36,205 nt of DNA from Candidatus Velthaea sp. Lineage in GTDB: Bacteria > Vulcanimicrobiota > Vulcanimicrobiia > Vulcanimicrobiales > Vulcanimicrobiaceae. Positions within the stretch are counted from its first letter, which is position 1. Every line of letters starts with the position of its first letter. Below are positions 1 to 9,111 of this stretch, in pieces. The DNA lies in contig JBEKHC010000050.1 of NCBI GenBank assembly GCA_050012475.1, positions 1 to 36,205 on the forward strand, given 5' to 3'. Under the pieces are notes generated by a model. The model saw only the letters and a program-made list of their open reading frames with translations, did no database searches and had not been told where the DNA came from. The translations under genes and the position numbers were made by a program.

Positions 1-1
1 G

Positions 2-106
2 TTTGAGAACTGGATGCTTGGGCAAGCGAAAGATCATCCGCGCATGCGCGAGATGGTTCTGGTTGGTCGCACCGAGGGCACCTCGTCGGAGCGCGCGGAC
101 TACTAG
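2..106 (+). CDS. 3' end of an unidentified CDS entering the window (partial)
   Basis: Frame 2 is open from the window edge (FENWMLGQAKDHPRMREMVLVGRTEGTSSERADY*) and ends TAG at 104-106, overlapping the stop of the convergent kinase gene. Too short to assign a family. Confidence 0.4.
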   Translation, partial: FENWMLGQAKDHPRMREMVLVGRTEGTSSERADY

Positions 107-1626
107 TGCGGCGCAGAAGCCGGCTTGCGATTCACGATCGTATCGGCGCGCAGCTCGATGCGGAACGTCGTGCCCTGGTCCGATGACGAGGCGAGACTGA
201 GCGTGCCGCCCGCGCGCTCGATCGCGCGCTTGGCGATCGCGAGCCCCAGCCCCGAGCCCTCGATGTCGGTGCGCCGCGAGCCGCGGTAAAAGCGATCGAA
301 GATCAGACCGCGATCGGCTTGCGCGATCCCGGGACCGCGATCGCTGACGGTTACCTCGACGCCGTCCGGCGCGCGTTTGACCGCGATGCGGATCGGACAG
401 CCCGGCGCGTACTTGATCGCGTTGTCGACCAAGTTTGCAATCGCCTCATAGATCTCGCCGCGATCGCCGATGATCGTCGCGTCGACTGCAATGTCGAGCT
501 CGAACTGTACACCGGGCGTGAGACCCAAGCGGGTGCGCGCGACGTCGTCTTCCAGCAGCGGCGTCAGCGCGAAAGGCTCGATCAAGCGCCGATCCGCGCC
601 TTCGAGCCGTGCGAGCAGCACGAGGTTATCGATGAGGGTGCGCATGCGCGAACTCTCGCTGGCGATCGTGTCGAAGATTCGCTTCGAGCGTTCGTCGGCG
701 GGCGCACGTCGTTTGAGCATATCGATGTAACCGAGCACGATGGTGAGCGGTGTCCGCAACTCGTGACCCGCATCCGCCACGAATTGCCGCATCTGCGCCT
801 CGGCCGTCGCGCGTTCGGCGAATGCGCTCGCGACCTGATTTGCCGCAGCGTTGTACGCGCGCACGAGCTCGTCGAATTCGCTGCGGCCGGCGACGTCGAT
901 CGGCTGCGCGGTGAAGTCGCGCCCCGCAAAGCGAACGAGCGCCGAGGTCACGTCGTACAACGGACGCAGCGCCTGCGATGTAATGTAGCGCCCGATTCCC
1001 CAGGCAACCAGAGCAGCGAGCGCTGCCGTTATGCCCAGTACCGCAAACGAGGCCGTGACGATCGACTGCACGCGCTCGAGGTCGACGAAGATGACCACGT
1101 TTCCGTTGAGAAACGGCGTCCGCACCGGGCGCACGCCCAGCGTCGTCGCCGCGCCGAAGCCGAACCGGTTGGTAAAGAACGGCGGCGGATCGGGCGGCCG
1201 GCGCGGCAGGTCGCCGGCTTGCGGCGCTGAGCCCCCTTGCGGCGGTGCGCCGGTTTGCGGCTGCGCGCCGGCAGATCCGCCGGCCGCAGTCGTCCCCTTC
1301 ACCGGCGGATAATGGAAGAAACCGTAGCGGGCGTCGCGCGGCAAACTCCCTGGGCGCGGCGGCGGCGGTTGCGTGCGCACCATGAAACCCGGGCGCGACA
1401 GCCGGCGCACGAGCAGCGATTGCGCCGTCTGCCAATCATCACGTTCACTGATCGCGCGCGCTTCGATGTCCGGGACCTGACGCGCGAGCGCCGCAATCTG
1501 ATCGTTGGCGTCTCGCGCGTAGAAGACCAAGCCGACCGCAATGACTGCTCCGGCCAGCAGCACGACCAGCGCGACCGCGACGAACACGTACCAAGCCGTG
1601 AGCCGGCGCGCCAGCGAGCTGAACAT
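103..1626 (-). CDS. HAMP-containing membrane sensor histidine kinase (OmpR-partner class)
   Basis: Real start is MFSSLARRLTAWY (ATG at 1626, TAATG overlap with the regulator stop), not 2169. Two TM helices flank a Pro-rich extracytoplasmic loop, followed by HAMP, H-box FVADAGHELRTPL, N-box NLVDNAIKY, DRGPGI and GSGLGLAI. Confidence 0.95.
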   Translation of the reverse strand: MFSSLARRLTAWYVFVAVALVVLLAGAVIAVGLVFYARDANDQIAALARQVPDIEARAISERDDWQTAQSLLVRRLSRPGFMVRTQPPPPRPGSLPRDARYGFFHYPPVKGTTAAGGSAGAQPQTGAPPQGGSAPQAGDLPRRPPDPPPFFTNRFGFGAATTLGVRPVRTPFLNGNVVIFVDLERVQSIVTASFAVLGITAALAALVAWGIGRYITSQALRPLYDVTSALVRFAGRDFTAQPIDVAGRSEFDELVRAYNAAANQVASAFAERATAEAQMRQFVADAGHELRTPLTIVLGYIDMLKRRAPADERSKRIFDTIASESSRMRTLIDNLVLLARLEGADRRLIEPFALTPLLEDDVARTRLGLTPGVQFELDIAVDATIIGDRGEIYEAIANLVDNAIKYAPGCPIRIAVKRAPDGVEVTVSDRGPGIAQADRGLIFDRFYRGSRRTDIEGSGLGLAIAKRAIERAGGTLSLASSSDQGTTFRIELRADTIVNRKPASAPH

Positions 1627-2309
1627 TATTGCGCGCGCAAAGCGTATCCGGCGCCGCGAATGGTGCGAATGAGCTTGGGCTCGAAGTTCGCGTCGATCTT
1701 CGCCCGCAGATACGACACGTACGTCTCGACCGCACCCGGACCAACGTCGCGGTCGCTGCCCCATACCAGATCGAGCAGCTGGTCGCGGGTAAACACGCGT
1801 TCCGGATTGCGCGCGAAGGTGAGCAAGAGCGCGTACTCGCGCGCAGAGAGATCGATCCGCTCGCTGCCGCGCTTGACTTCGCGCCGGTCGAGATCGATCG
1901 ACAAATCGGCGTAGCTCACGATCGAGGGATGTTCGAGCCGCGGCCGGCGCAGTGCCGAATGCAGCCGCGCCAGCAATTCCGAGACCTCGAACGGCTTGGG
2001 GATATAATCGTCGGCGCCGCGCCGCAAGCCGGTGATGCGATCGTCCGTGTCGGCTTTCGCACTGAGCATGAGGATCGGCGCTTCGGTGATGCGGCGCATC
2101 ATCGGCAGCAAATCCAAGCCGTTGACTTGCGGCATCATCACGTCGAGTACGATCACGTCGGGCCGCCACTCTTTGACGAGTGCCAAACCGGCCGGGCCGT
2201 CGCCGGCCGAACGAACCTCGAACCCGTCCTCGCCCAACGCAAGTTCCAACAGTTCGCGAAGGTGGCGTTCGTCGTCGATGACGGCGACGCGGGGATTGGT
2301 GGGCATCAT
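1626..2309 (-). CDS. OmpR/PhoB-family response regulator
   Basis: Receiver domain (VIDDE, VLDVMMP, LSAK, GADDYIPKPF) plus winged helix (LSAREYALL, VETYVSYLRAKI, IRTIRGAGY). ATGA overlap with the upstream gene's stop. Confidence 0.96.
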   Translation of the reverse strand: MMPTNPRVAVIDDERHLRELLELALGEDGFEVRSAGDGPAGLALVKEWRPDVIVLDVMMPQVNGLDLLPMMRRITEAPILMLSAKADTDDRITGLRRGADDYIPKPFEVSELLARLHSALRRPRLEHPSIVSYADLSIDLDRREVKRGSERIDLSAREYALLLTFARNPERVFTRDQLLDLVWGSDRDVGPGAVETYVSYLRAKIDANFEPKLIRTIRGAGYALRAQ

Positions 2310-5300
2310 TGGTGTTTCAAACTCCCTCCGCCGGTTCCCAGTTCGGGCCCGCGAACCGCGAACAGCCCGATGTGCGGCGCGTAGCCCAAGCCGTTGCGGC
2401 CGGTAAACGCGGTGAACCCGTCGGTCTTCACCTCGTCCTGCGATAGCGCCGAAAAGTACGAGCAGCTCAAGGTCGCGCGGAACTTCATGAACGCGGCGCG
2501 GAACGCCGCGGGCGGCGTCGGCCGCGGCCCGGGCGGCGGGCTCTGCCTTACGCGCGGCTGAACGACCAGCTTCTCGGGTCCGCCCGAAGCCGCCGGCGAA
2601 GCGGAGACGCCTGGCGCCGGCGAACCGGCCGCTCCAGGCCCCGGCGATGCCGCCGCGACGGGCGCCGGCGATCCCGAGGGCGACGCCGAGGGCGCCGGCT
2701 GCGGGCCGCCGGGCGGCGGCCCGCCCGCTTCGCCCGGCGGCGGCCCGGTATCGCCAGGTCCGCCCGGCCCGCCGCCGGCGCCCGGTCCGCCCGGTCCACC
2801 CTCGCCGGCGCCGCCATAAAGCCGGCTGCCGCGTCCGAAGCGTCCGCCGGCACCGCCCGGTCCCGTTCCTTGCCCGGCACCCGCGGGCCGCGGCGGCAGA
2901 TTTGGCCGCACTTCAAAATACCAATCGCCGGTCGGCGGCCCATGCGCAACGATCGCCAGCCCGTCGACCGCCGGCAGCGGCTTGCCCGCCGCGTACGCCG
3001 CGCCCGCCGCGCGCAGCTGTTCGAGCACCGGCCCGGCAATCTTCGCATCGTCAGGCGTGCACGAATCGCGTTTGTCGGCGACCGACAGCGGATCGACGCC
3101 GGGCGGCGGCGGGTACGGCGTAAACGCACCCAAACCGCGCGCGCGCTGCTGCTGCGCGTTCCCGGTCTCGGCAAGATTCTGCGCCGTCTGCGCCACGGCC
3201 GACCGGGCGGCGCTGCGGCTCGTCCGCGAACCTCCGGCGCCGTTGCGCGCACCGGTGTTGAACGAATACGTCAAGGTAAACTGGCGCGGCGGATTGGGAT
3301 TGGCCGCCACATACAACAGCCCGCCGCCGCTGGTCGCCTGCGGCTGGGCGAAGACCAGACTCGACAGCGCGCCGGTTTCGGTGCTGAACACGTTCGTCTC
3401 CAAGAACGACAACCGCCCAAAACCCACGTCGTGCGACAGCCCCCAGCTCACCAGCGCATACGGGTCGAGATGCTGCGAGTTGTTGGAGCCGACGTACTGC
3501 ACGTTGGCGAGCAGCTCGAGCCCGAGATGCGGCAGATCGCCGTCGAGCGTGAGATTGCCGCGATGCACCGGCCGTCCGGGGATCTGCGCGCCGATGATCG
3601 TGGTGCTGCTGAGCGCCGCGAGCCGCGCATCGGCGGCGACGACCGTCGCGCCGTTGGTCTGATACGCCGGAATCGCCACCAGATGCGGACCGATCGCGAT
3701 CCGACCGCTCAGCGTGAAGCCTTGATACACCCGCGTCGTATCGCCGATCGGTTCGCTCACGTACACGTTCGCCGGATTCAGCACCGCCGTCGGACCGCAG
3801 GCGAACGGTGAATCGAAGAAGCTCTGCAGATCCTGGATATACGGGCTCGTCGGCGAGAAGCCCAAGCTGGACGCGACGATCTGCGCGTTGATGAGCTGGT
3901 CGGCCTGCGTCTGCCGGTAGAGATCGAAGTTGAACGAGCCGTACGTCCACTGATGCGTCCAGCTCGCGTCGTAGCTGATCGCGGACTGCTTGCCGGGTTG
4001 ATCGCCCGGGCCGCTGACGTTCGCGGTGCCCGCGGCGCAGTTGAAGCGCGCACTCGCCGGATCGCTGTACGTGCGGATGATGCCGCCGGCCGGCTGCGAG
4101 CTGCCGACGCTGGCCGAACCCGTGAACGTATCGACCGCCTGCGGCCGCCACGTTCCGGCCAGGCCCGCCAGCAGCGACGCGCCCGAACCGTTCGTCGCCG
4201 CCAACGACGCGTTGGGACCGACCGAGAGCCGGTCGTTGATTTTGTACTGGTCCGAGAGCTGAAAAATCTGCGAGTCGCTGCCGGTGGTCGACGGAATGAC
4301 GAAGGCGCTCGAGTTCACGATCGGATCGAACGTCGTCAGCGAATCGTAGGTCGAGCCGTTGAGCGTCCAGGTCGAGCGGCCTTGGCTGACCGTCGATTGA
4401 AACGCGATGCCGCGCGCGACTGACCGCGTGTTGGAGACCAGCGGCGACGACGCGCCGTTGATGTAACGCAGCGCGTCGTTCTGGTAGCCGTTGTTGGAGT
4501 TCACGTACGCCGAGACACTCGTGGTGACTTCGCCGATGAGCGACTGCACCGTCGCGTACGCGAACTGGAACGTGTTCGCCGACGTGTTGCCCGGACCGAT
4601 CCCGCACGGCACGAGCGTCACGTCCTGCGTGCACAGCGACGAGATGCCCTGGTTGTTCTGCAGGACGGTGAAATTAGCGATCGTCTTATCGCCCAGTCCG
4701 TAGCGCAGCTTGACGTAGTCGCCGACGTTGCTGGACTCGCCGGCGTGCGGGTACGTCAATCCGCTCTGATCGGTGAAGGTGTTGAAGGTCAGCTGGTTGT
4801 TGCTCTCGCGATCGGTGTGCAGCACCGCGATCCCGAGCTTGCCGATCGAACCGGTCTCGCCGAATTGGTAATTGAACTTGTCGAACGTTCCGTAGGATGT
4901 CGACAACTGCGAGACCCACGTCTGGGTCGGCTGCAGCGTGCGGAAGTTGACCGACCCGCCGAGCGCCCCGGCCTGTGCCGCGAAGCTGACCCCCGCACCG
5001 CTGAACATATCGGTGTTGATGCCGCGCAGATTGACCGCGCTGCCCGGCGCCCCCAGCGGAATGCCGTCCAGCGTGACCGCGGTTTGCGACTCGTCGTGGC
5101 CGTTGAGCGAGATCGTTTGCGCGGCGTCGGGATCGTTCGACGTTTGGGTGACGTCGACGCCGGCGATCTTGCTCAGCGCGTCGGTGAGCGAATCCGAGAC
5201 CTTGCGGATGGCGCTGTCCGAATCGACGTCGCGCGTGGTGACCGACACGCGCGCGCTGACCCGGCCGATCACTTTGAGCCCACTCGAAGCGGCCGTCGCC

Positions 5301-5686
5301 GTTGCGGGCGGCGTCGTCCCGGGCGCAACCTGGGCGGCCATGTTAACGTCGACGTCGACTTCTTTGTTGCCCAGGATCTCGAACTGCGGCGAGACGTTGC
5401 CGATGAAGCCGCCCTTCACCACGCGCACGCGGTACAACCCGGAGGGGACGTCGGTGTACTTCACGATCCCGCTGCGGTTCGTCAGCGCCGAGGCCTGCGT
5501 CGCGCCGAAGAGCGTGATCCGCGCGTCCTGCAGTGGTTTCCTGGTCGTCGCGTCGATGACGGTGATGGCGATGATCCCGGTCGACTCGGAACTTTGCGCG
5601 CCGGCCGGCACGGTCATCAGCCCGAGCAGCACGACAAAGAGCAAGCTCGGCAAAACGGCGGCACGGCGCAGTCCGAACGGGTACAT
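2306..5686 (-). CDS. TonB-dependent receptor-like outer-membrane protein with N-terminal carboxypeptidase-regulatory-like domain and long C-terminal extension
   Basis: Start MYPFGLRRAAVLPSLL (ATG 5686) with signal peptide ending AGA-Q. It has a carboxypeptidase-regulatory-like domain (GIIAITVIDATTRKPLQDARITL...VPSGLYRVRVVKGGF), a plug (SLTDALSKIAGV...ISLNG...VTLDGIPL...GALGGSVNFRT) and a barrel-end-like motif TNVFS...PPRQFTLTYSF. Confidence 0.8.
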   Translation of the reverse strand: MYPFGLRRAAVLPSLLFVVLLGLMTVPAGAQSSESTGIIAITVIDATTRKPLQDARITLFGATQASALTNRSGIVKYTDVPSGLYRVRVVKGGFIGNVSPQFEILGNKEVDVDVNMAAQVAPGTTPPATATAASSGLKVIGRVSARVSVTTRDVDSDSAIRKVSDSLTDALSKIAGVDVTQTSNDPDAAQTISLNGHDESQTAVTLDGIPLGAPGSAVNLRGINTDMFSGAGVSFAAQAGALGGSVNFRTLQPTQTWVSQLSTSYGTFDKFNYQFGETGSIGKLGIAVLHTDRESNNQLTFNTFTDQSGLTYPHAGESSNVGDYVKLRYGLGDKTIANFTVLQNNQGISSLCTQDVTLVPCGIGPGNTSANTFQFAYATVQSLIGEVTTSVSAYVNSNNGYQNDALRYINGASSPLVSNTRSVARGIAFQSTVSQGRSTWTLNGSTYDSLTTFDPIVNSSAFVIPSTTGSDSQIFQLSDQYKINDRLSVGPNASLAATNGSGASLLAGLAGTWRPQAVDTFTGSASVGSSQPAGGIIRTYSDPASARFNCAAGTANVSGPGDQPGKQSAISYDASWTHQWTYGSFNFDLYRQTQADQLINAQIVASSLGFSPTSPYIQDLQSFFDSPFACGPTAVLNPANVYVSEPIGDTTRVYQGFTLSGRIAIGPHLVAIPAYQTNGATVVAADARLAALSSTTIIGAQIPGRPVHRGNLTLDGDLPHLGLELLANVQYVGSNNSQHLDPYALVSWGLSHDVGFGRLSFLETNVFSTETGALSSLVFAQPQATSGGGLLYVAANPNPPRQFTLTYSFNTGARNGAGGSRTSRSAARSAVAQTAQNLAETGNAQQQRARGLGAFTPYPPPPGVDPLSVADKRDSCTPDDAKIAGPVLEQLRAAGAAYAAGKPLPAVDGLAIVAHGPPTGDWYFEVRPNLPPRPAGAGQGTGPGGAGGRFGRGSRLYGGAGEGGPGGPGAGGGPGGPGDTGPPPGEAGGPPPGGPQPAPSASPSGSPAPVAAASPGPGAAGSPAPGVSASPAASGGPEKLVVQPRVRQSPPPGPRPTPPAAFRAAFMKFRATLSCSYFSALSQDEVKTDGFTAFTGRNGLGYAPHIGLFAVRGPELGTGGGSLKHQ

Positions 5687-5763
5687 CGCGCCAATGGTGG
5701 CACCCCTGCCTGGGAAGGGCCTAAGAGGCACGCGTCCTTGACGCGCCGGCGTGAAAGTGCCGC

Positions 5764-5845
5764 CGCGGCTCGGCCCGAACGCCACGGACGGCTTGCGCGA
5801 AGCGCAAACGCCATGGATTCGCGGCGCGTTCAGCGCCGCGAATCC
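5764..5845. repeat. REP/BIME-like palindromic element, family A copy 1
   Basis: 13-bp perfect hairpin GGATTCGCGGCGC-N5-GCGCCGCGAATCC at 5815-5845 plus flanking RTGGCGTT...AGCCG modules. A related copy lies at 15194-15287 in the opposite orientation. Confidence 0.8.
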
Positions 5846-5847
5846 TA

Positions 5848-7680
5848 TCATCCGCGGAGGTCGCGAATCACCGCCAAGAAACGCTCGCCGAAATCGGCAA
5901 GTTTCTTGTCGCCGACGCCGCTGATCGCCCGCAGGCCGGTCGCCGTGAGCGGCGCGTCGCGCGCCATCGCCCGCAGCACCGCGTCGCTGAAGATGACGAA
6001 CGCGGGAACGTCGCGCTCGTCCGCCAGCTGCCGGCGCAGCGTCCGCAACGCGGCGAACAACGCGGCGTCGTACTCCTCGCCGGCGGCGGCCGCCGCCTTG
6101 GCTTTGCGCGCCTTCACCGGTGCGACGGGCGCTTCGCGAACGACGATCGCGGTGCGCTCGCCCAGCGCGCGGCGTCCGGCCGGCGTCAGCGTGACGACAT
6201 TGAAGCGCGCAGGATCGGCCACGATAAGTTTTAGGCGCACCAGCTCGTCGGCCAGATGCCGCCAGGCGGAACGTCCGAGGTCCGCGCCGATGCCGTATGT
6301 CGACACGTGCTGGTGGCCCCAGCGTTCGATCTTTTCGTTGTAGTTGCCGAGCAGCACGTCGATCACGTGGGTGATGCCGAACGCGCCGCCGTCGCGCTCG
6401 CGCAGGCGGTAGATGCACGACAGCAGCTTCTGCGCTTCGATCGTCATGTCGCGAACCGGCCGCGGCTCGAGGCAATTGTCGCACGCGCCGCAGTTCTCGC
6501 CCGCGAGCGTTTCGCCGAAATACGCCAGCAAGTCGCGCCGGCGGCAGTCGTTGCTGTAGGCGTAGCGCGTCATCTTCTCGAGCTGCGCGCGCGCCACGGC
6601 AATCTCGCGCGGATCGGATTTCTCGGCGATGAAGCTCTCGTACTTGTTCACGTCGCCGTGACTGAAGTACAGCAGACATTCGGCGGGCAAGCCGTCGCGC
6701 CCGGCGCGTCCCGTTTCTTGATAGTAGCCTTCGATGTTCTTGGGCACGTCGTAGTGCACCACGAACCGGACGTTGGACTTGTCGATGCCCATGCCGAAGG
6801 CAACCGTCGCGCACATGACGCGCACGTCGTCGCGCACGAACCGTTCTTGATTGCGCACCCGAACCTCGGGCGCCAAACCGGCGTGATACGGCAACGCCGG
6901 GATACCGCTCGCGGTCAACCGCTCGGCCAGCGTTTCGACCGACGCGCGGCTCTGCGCGTACACGATCCCCGCATCGTCGGGCCGCGCGCGCAGCCAGGTC
7001 ACGAGCGAATCGGCGGCGCGCGCCTTGGGCACCACTCGGTAGGTGAGGTTCGGGCGATTGAAGCTCGCCACGTAGACGCGCGGCTTGCGCAGCGACAAAC
7101 GCTCGATGATGTCGTCGCGCACCCGGTCGGTGGCCGTCGCGGTGAGCGCGATGAACGGCTGGGCGGCAAAGCGCTCGCGCAATTCGGCGATGCGCCGGTA
7201 CTCGGGGCGAAAATCGTGCCCCCACTCGCTGATGCAGTGCGCCTCGTCGACCGCAAAGCGCGCGACGTTCCAACGCTCGAGCTCGGCGCTGAAGCCCGGC
7301 AGCGCCAAGCGTTCGGGCGCCACGTAGAGCAGCCGATACGCCCCCGCATCCAGATCGCGCTGACGCGCGCGCACATCCGAGTAAGCGAGCGACGAATTCA
7401 AGAACGTTGCCGGGATGCCGGCCGTGGTCAGCGCGTCGACCTGATCTTTCATGAGCGCGATGAGCGGCGAGATCACCACCGTCAAGCCGTCGCCGAAGAG
7501 CGCCGGCAGTTGAAAGCACAGCGATTTTCCACCGCCGGTGGGCAGCAGCGCGAACACGTCGCAGCCGCTCAGCACGTCGGCGACGATCTCTTCCTGCAGC
7601 GGGCGAAAGGCGTCGAATCCGAAGTGATGCTTGAGCGCCTCGCGCAACGCACCGGATCGATCCATCGTCAGCTCACCCAT
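5848..7680 (-). CDS. recQ: ATP-dependent DNA helicase RecQ
   Basis: FGFDAFRPLQEEI, Walker A LPTGGGKSLCFQLPA, VDEAHCISEWGHDFRPEY, ATVAFGMGIDK, YYQETGRAGRDG, Zn-binding CRR...CGACDNC, RQC and HRDC (VPAFVIFSDAVL). ATG 7680 has a GAGG SD; 7665 is an alternative start. Confidence 0.97.
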   Translation of the reverse strand: MGELTMDRSGALREALKHHFGFDAFRPLQEEIVADVLSGCDVFALLPTGGGKSLCFQLPALFGDGLTVVISPLIALMKDQVDALTTAGIPATFLNSSLAYSDVRARQRDLDAGAYRLLYVAPERLALPGFSAELERWNVARFAVDEAHCISEWGHDFRPEYRRIAELRERFAAQPFIALTATATDRVRDDIIERLSLRKPRVYVASFNRPNLTYRVVPKARAADSLVTWLRARPDDAGIVYAQSRASVETLAERLTASGIPALPYHAGLAPEVRVRNQERFVRDDVRVMCATVAFGMGIDKSNVRFVVHYDVPKNIEGYYQETGRAGRDGLPAECLLYFSHGDVNKYESFIAEKSDPREIAVARAQLEKMTRYAYSNDCRRRDLLAYFGETLAGENCGACDNCLEPRPVRDMTIEAQKLLSCIYRLRERDGGAFGITHVIDVLLGNYNEKIERWGHQHVSTYGIGADLGRSAWRHLADELVRLKLIVADPARFNVVTLTPAGRRALGERTAIVVREAPVAPVKARKAKAAAAAGEEYDAALFAALRTLRRQLADERDVPAFVIFSDAVLRAMARDAPLTATGLRAISGVGDKKLADFGERFLAVIRDLRG

Positions 7681-7950
7681 CGCGCCTCGATATCCGCTTG
7701 GTCTCAAGGAAGCCCTCCTTGGACCACCTAACTATCGCGGCAACGTGCCGGGCGCACGGGGGCGACGTCGAAGTCGGTCGAGCTCCATTTGACTGGTCAA
7801 TTTCCGCCTTCACGCCGTGGGGTCGCGCGGACAAGACCGCGCGGCGCTCCGCTCCCAACGCCCGGGCAATCTTTCCGTCACATCAGCGTCGACCGGTTGC
7901 GAGCGGGCTGCAGTCGGGGTACACGCCGGATTGAAGTTAGGCAAGGAAGT

Positions 7951-9111
7951 ATGCCGATTCTCTGGCTGATCGTTCTGGTTCAAATCATCCTCGCGGTTCG
8001 CGTGATCGTGCGCCTGCTCTCGACAACGGGCGGCACCACGATCGCCGTCGACCGGCGAGCCTGGATTCCCGACGGCTCGATCTCGGTCGTCGTTCCGGTT
8101 TACAACGAATTCGACCGGCTCGGCAGTTGCCTGGAGAAGCTCATCAGCTGCGGGCGCGAGGTGCGCGAGATTCTGGTCGTCGACGGCGGCTCGATCGACG
8201 GCACGCAGAAGATCGTCGAGTCATTCGCTCAGACCGACCCGCGCGTGCGTCCGATCGATGCGACGCCCACGCCGCCGGGCTGGAACGGCAAGGCCTGGAA
8301 TCTCGAATGCGGGCTCTTGGCCTCGTCGCCGGAATCGAAATGGATCGCCACCATCGACGCCGACGTCCGCGTGCGCTCGGCGCTGCTGACCGCCATGGTC
8401 AACCACGCCCAGAACCGCAAAGTCAAAGCGCTCAGCGTCGCAACGAAACAAGAGCTGGCCGACCGCGCGTCGGGCATCATCCATCCGGCCATGCTCACGA
8501 CGCTGGTCTACCGTCACGGCCTACCGGGAAACGCGACGAAAAACCCGCGCGACGTGCAGGCCAACGGTCAGTGTTTTCTGGCGCGCCGCGAGTTGCTCAT
8601 CGCAACCAATGCCTTCGCGCGGGCGCGCACGTCGGTGTGCGAAGACGTTACCGTCGCACGGATCTTGGCCAAGGCCGGTCATCGCGTCGGCTTCTATGAA
8701 GCAGCCGGCGAGCTCGCGATCGTGCGCATGCACGACTCATGGCGCGCGATCTGGCAGAACTGGCCGCGTTCGCTGACGCTGCGCGACGGGATGGCGCCGC
8801 GCGACAACGCGTTAGGCCTGGCGGAAGTGCTCTTCGTGCAGGCGCTGCCGCTCGTCATACTCTTCCTGCTGCTGCTCGGGGGACACGGGTCGCTTCAGCG
8901 CTCGGCGGCGTTTGCGGTGAACGGCTTCTTGCTCGCGCTGCGCGTGGGCGTGCTGTTCGGCACACGGCGAGCCTATCGGAACTCGACGTGGACATATTGG
9001 CTCTCACCCTTTGCGGATCTGCCGGTTGCGGCCGCGTTACTTACTAGCGCGCTTCGCCGCCGGCACACGTGGCGAGGGCGCCCGCTCGTCATGTCGGAAC
9101 GGATTACGTGA
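7951..9111 (+). CDS. GT2 glycosyltransferase, carotenoid glycosyltransferase (CruG/CrtQ-like)
   Basis: ATG 7951 after AAGGAAG. Motifs ISVVVPVYNE, VVDGGSIDGT, PPGWNGKAW, IDADV, ANGQCFL, EDV and WQNWPRSL, C-terminal TMs and TWRGR. Adjacent to a cruF-like gene. Confidence 0.8.
   Translation: MPILWLIVLVQIILAVRVIVRLLSTTGGTTIAVDRRAWIPDGSISVVVPVYNEFDRLGSCLEKLISCGREVREILVVDGGSIDGTQKIVESFAQTDPRVRPIDATPTPPGWNGKAWNLECGLLASSPESKWIATIDADVRVRSALLTAMVNHAQNRKVKALSVATKQELADRASGIIHPAMLTTLVYRHGLPGNATKNPRDVQANGQCFLARRELLIATNAFARARTSVCEDVTVARILAKAGHRVGFYEAAGELAIVRMHDSWRAIWQNWPRSLTLRDGMAPRDNALGLAEVLFVQALPLVILFLLLLGGHGSLQRSAAFAVNGFLLALRVGVLFGTRRAYRNSTWTYWLSPFADLPVAAALLTSALRRRHTWRGRPLVMSERIT

Noticed and set aside
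1627..2169. N-terminal extension of the kinase ORF (688 aa)
   Set aside because: Arg-rich alternative frame of the response regulator. The kinase starts at 1626 with a TAATG overlap.
2306..7519. 1737-aa giant ORF in the track
   Set aside because: The N-terminal ~610 codons are an off-frame shadow of recQ plus the intergenic repeat. The real protein starts at the signal peptide (5686).
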